A stretch of DNA of 64,000 nucleotides from Ranitomeya imitator (Eukaryota), in NCBI RefSeq assembly GCF_032444005.1, contig NC_091282.1, positions 247,690,001 to 247,754,000 of the forward strand. The letters are read 5' to 3'. The notes under the pieces are model-generated. The model was not told the DNA's origin. It saw only the letters and a program-made list of their open reading frames with translations, and ran no database searches. Below are positions 60,051-64,000 of this stretch, piece by piece (position 1 is the stretch's first letter; every line of letters starts with the position of its first letter). Both the position numbers and the translations under genes were made by a program.

Positions 60051-63000
60051 GTAAAATAAAACAAATTGGAGCTGAAATAATTTTTTTGTGAAAATAAGTT
60101 AAATGTTCATTTTTATTTAAACATTCCAAAAATTCCTGTAAAACACCTGAAGGGTTAATAAACTTCTTGAATGTGGTTTTCAGCACCTTGAGGGGTGCAG
60201 TTTTTAGAATGGTGTCACACTTAGAAAATAACCATCATATAGACCCCTCAAAATGACTTCAAATGTGATGTGGTCCCTAAAAATATTGGTGTCGTAAAAA
60301 TGAGAAATTGCTGGTCAACTTTTAACCTTTATAACTCCCTAACAAAAAAAAAATTTTGGTTCCAAAATTTTGCTGATGTAAAGTAGACATGTGGGAAATG
60401 TTACTTATTAATTATTTTGTGTGACATATCTCTGTGATTTAAGGGCATAAAAATTCAAAGTTGGAAAATTGCAAAATTTTCAAAATTTTTGCCAAGTTTC
60501 CGTTTTTTCACAAATAAACGCACATTATGTCGAATAAATTTTACCACTATCATGAAGTACAATATATTACAAGAAAGCATTGTCAGAATCGCCAAGATCC
60601 GTTGAAGCGTTCTAGAGTTATAACCTCATAAAGGGACAGTGGTCAGAATTGTAAAAATTGGCCCGGTCATTAACGTGCAAACCACCCTCGGTGCTTAAGG
60701 GGTTAAAAGGTCTTGGGAGACAAACACGGGAGCCTTTAAGCCTGCCATATCAAGTACATGCACAGCTAGGTCATTATTAGTATGGATAGACCAGCTGGAG
60801 CAACAGGTAAAAGGCAAAGTGACAAGAGTGAAAATTTTACAAGCAGTTCCATTGATTAGAAGTGTCGCGGCATTGTTAGCTGATGCTTCAGCAGATTCTC
60901 TACGTCTGCCAGCAAGGTCAGCGGGCCTTGTTAATGCGGCTCGTCGAGCCCTCTGGCTGAAAGGATGGAAAGGGGATGCACAGTCTAAATCTAGATTATG
61001 TACAATCCCTTGCCAGGGTGAGTTCCTGTTTGGAAAGGTTCTTGATGACCTACTCAATAAAGCAGGAGAAAGAAGGAAGGGATTTCCTAAACAGTTTCTT
61101 CCTTCTTATGGAGAGCGTTTAGAAGACGGCCATTTAACAGAAGGAGGCCGTATGAGCCGCAAAGAGATCGTTAGGAAACGAAGGAAACAAAACAGAAAGG
61201 TGCATTATTTAGTAACCCCGAAACATATAGACGTGGTAGATACCATCAGTAATGAATTCCCGGTTGGTGGAAGACTTTTTCACCGACAGTGGGAGCACAT
61301 AACCTCAAATCAGTGGATCCTTCACCTAGTAAAATCTGGACTAAAATTAGAAGTCTTTAAACTGCCACAGGATACTTTTATTGTAACATAGCTGAAAGCG
61401 CCGGAACAGCAAAAAGCGCTTCAGTTAGAAATTGTAAGCCTTTTGGCTAAGAATGTTCTCATAGAAGTACCAAGGAATCAGGAAGGGAGAGGATTTTATT
61501 CCCCTTTATTTCTGGTTCCCAAACCAGATGGTTCTTTTCGTACTATAATAAATCTAAAAAAATTGAATTTCTTTTTGTATGAGCACACCTTTAAGATGGA
61601 ATCAATAAGGTCTACTATTAAACTTTTGTTTCCTAGATGCTTTATGATGGGTTTAGACTGGAAGGATGCGTACTATCATCTTCCCATTTATGCAGAACAC
61701 CAACAATACCCCAGAGTGGCGGTAAACCTACAGGGCCGGATCCGTCACTTCCAATTTACAGCTATGCCATTCGGCCTTTCCATGGCTCCTCGGGTTTTCA
61801 CAAAAGTTATGCTCGAGGTGATGGCTTATCTGCGTCATCAGGATACGCTAATTGTGCCTTACCTAGATGACTTCTTAATAATTGGAAATTCAGTCTCACA
61901 ATGTAAAGAACGCTTGGCTAATACCATTTCATCTTTACAGGCTTTAGGTTGGATTGTGAACTTCAAAAAGTCCAGACTACATCCAAAAACCCTTCAGTCC
62001 TTCCTAGGACTAATCTTGGACTCTGTAAGTCAAAGATGTCTCTTACCAGATTCCCAAAAATTAACCATAATCTCAAAAGTTACTATGGCAAGGTCTAATC
62101 CTCAAATGTCCCTAAGAGATGCCATGTCTCTCTTGGTTTCACTCTCCTCCTGCATTCCTGCGGTTCAATTGGCCCAATATCATACTAGAGCCTTACAACA
62201 CAAGATTCTAAGATCTAAAGACGTGCTTAATTCACTACTTTGGTGGTTAGATAAAAACCATTTGTCCAGAGGAAGTCTCATAGACGATAATACCCTCTAA
62301 AATAGTCACTACTGATGCAGGTCCAGAAAGGGTGGGGGGCCCATCTGGATCAAAATATAGCTCAAGGTTGCTGGAATTCTGTAGATTCAGCAGTCCTCCA
62401 ACTGCAAAGAACTAAATGCGGTTAATTATGCCTTGAATTTTTTCCTTCCCCATCTCTGAGGATCTCATATCAGAATTCTGTCAGACAACACAACAGTCGT
62501 CGCATATTTAAATCGTCAAGGCGGAACGCGATCGGGAAGTCTAATGTCTTCAGCGGCAAACATCTTCAACTTAGCAGAACTCAATTTTCTATCACTCACA
62601 GCTCTCCATATCAGAGGAGTAGAAAACTTAAAGGCCGACTTCCTAAGTCGCCACACGCTCCGCCAGGGAGAATGGACTCTCAATCCTCAAATATTCAGGA
62701 GCATAGTTGAGCATAGTGGACATATGGGGTTTTCCACAAATAGATCTGTTTGCAACCAGGAAAAACAGACAAGTACAGATATTCGCCTCCTTAAATGTAG
62801 CAGATCATCCAGACATGATAGACTCGCTCCAGTATCCGTGGAACTACGATCTGGCCTATGCTTTCCCACCAATGATGTTAATCCCGTTGGTCATCAAAAA
62901 GATAAGGGATGAGAAAGCAAGGGTGATCTTAATAGCACCATTTTGGCCAAAAAGGCCTTGGTTCTCCTGTCTTCGAGCGATGTAAGTTTGCGATCCGTGG

Positions 63001-63756
63001 ATTCTGCCAGTGATCCCAAACCTACTGTCTCAGGGTCCATTCTACGACCAGCAAGTGAAAGGTCTTCACCTAACGGTGTGGAACTTGAGAGGCAAATACT
63101 AACGTTAAGATGGTTTTCTCAAGAGCTAATTAACACATTACTGCTAAGTAGGAAAAAGTCTACAACTTTAATATATAGCAGAGTATGGAGAAAATTCCTC
63201 AGTTTCTATACAAAACCCTTCTCTAGCAAGTTTCCTATTAAAGCCATCCTAGAGTTTCTACAAAAAGGCCATGCACTGGGTTTATCAGTCAATACCTTAA
63301 GAGTTCAGGTGTCTGCCTTAGGAGCCCTTTATAGTGTTAACATAGCTGGTGACAGGTGGATAGCAAGATTCATTGGAGCATGCAAAAGGTGTACACAAGT
63401 ACATATCGCACGTTTACCGCCCTGGGACTTGAATCTAGTCCTCGATGCTTTAACTGAACCTCCTTTTGAGCCCTTATATTCTATTTCTCTAAAAAATATC
63501 ACATATAAGGTAGCCTTATTGATAGCCTTAACTTCTGCCAGAAAAGTGGGAGACATCCAGGCTCTCTCCATAGACCCTCTGTTCTTAATGACATACCAGG
63601 ACAGGGTAGTTCTCAAACCAGATCCATCATATCTCCCTAAAGTAGCAACAAACTACCATAGATCTCAAGAGATTTTTCTGCCTTCCTTTTATGACAATCC
63701 ATCAAATCCAGAGGAAGAGAAGCTACATTTGTTGGATGCAAAAAGAGCAGTCTTAA

Positions 63757-64000
63757 CCCCTTTCTGCCATTAGACGTACTATTCCGTCCATGTGGGGTGG
63801 GCCCTACTTCCCAAGGACGGAATAGTACGTCATAGGCGATCGGCCGCGCTCACGGGGGGAGAGCGGCCGATCGCGGCCGGGTGTCAGCTGCTTATCGCAG
63901 CTGACATCCGGCACTATGTGCCAGGAGCGGTCACGGACCGCCCCCGGCACATAAACCCCCGGCACACCGCGATCAAACAATCGCGATGTGCCGGCAGTCC
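63757..64000. mobile_element. Left end of another piggyBac-like element in the DIRS-E recombinase (runs off the window)
   Basis: TTAA (63753-63756) followed by CCCCTTTCTGCCATTAGACGTAC; same family as 56978-57200. Confidence 0.85.

Larger units (their letters stand above)
56978..60702. mobile_element. Non-autonomous piggyBac-like element (3.7 kb) in DIRS-E gag
   Basis: TTAA at 56974-56977 and 60703-60706; removal restores GAA GCT CTT CTT AAA AGG TCT TGG (EALLKRSW); right end ...CTTAAGGGG; left end shortened relative to 63757. Confidence 0.85.
56308..63756 (+). mobile_element. DIRS-E: 5'-truncated DIRS1-type element interrupted twice by piggyBac-like elements
   Basis: Gag (56308-56975, 60707-61255), RT 61443-62300 (YLDDFL), RNase H/MT-like 62300-62985, recombinase 62943-63756 (SARKVGDIQAL). 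Several stops and frameshifts. Confidence 0.92.

Noticed and set aside
1-64000. tRNA, rRNA or snoRNA genes
   Set aside because: No cloverleaf, rRNA-like or convincing box C/D or H/ACA structure recognised by eye; a covariance-model scan would be needed to exclude small RNAs.

Overview
Vertebrate genomic DNA, most likely a frog (inferred from the transposon families; species not determinable). The only host gene is ANAPC7 (anaphase-promoting complex subunit 7), represented by its last three coding exons on the + strand (25603-25827, 27433-27583, 31424-31613). I found no earlier exon, so 1-25602 appears to be one very large intron. Nearly everything else is nested transposable elements: five DIRS1-type tyrosine-recombinase retrotransposons (called A-E here, all + strand), a full-length Tf1/sushi-type chromovirus LTR element (49122-54888, - strand), a degenerate Gmr1-type Ty3/gypsy element, L2/CR1 and L1 LINE pieces, several Tc1/mariner copies, piggyBac-like TTAA elements, Harbinger-like and Kolobok/T2-like MITEs, and mini/microsatellites. 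The best candidate for an undescribed system is the DIRS expression strategy. The gag gene of DIRS-C and DIRS-D carries two small GT-AG introns at identical positions, and removing them joins the zinc-finger exon to the main Gag frame (DIRS-E lacks intron 2 and confirms that junction). In DIRS-C gag is followed in frame by pol across a single TGA in the readthrough context TGA-CTAG, a motif also present in DIRS-D. Separately, DIRS-C and DIRS-B are stacked at one TTT core inside the recombinase gene of DIRS-A. Coordinates were counted by hand and may be off by a few bases; no database or literature search was possible.
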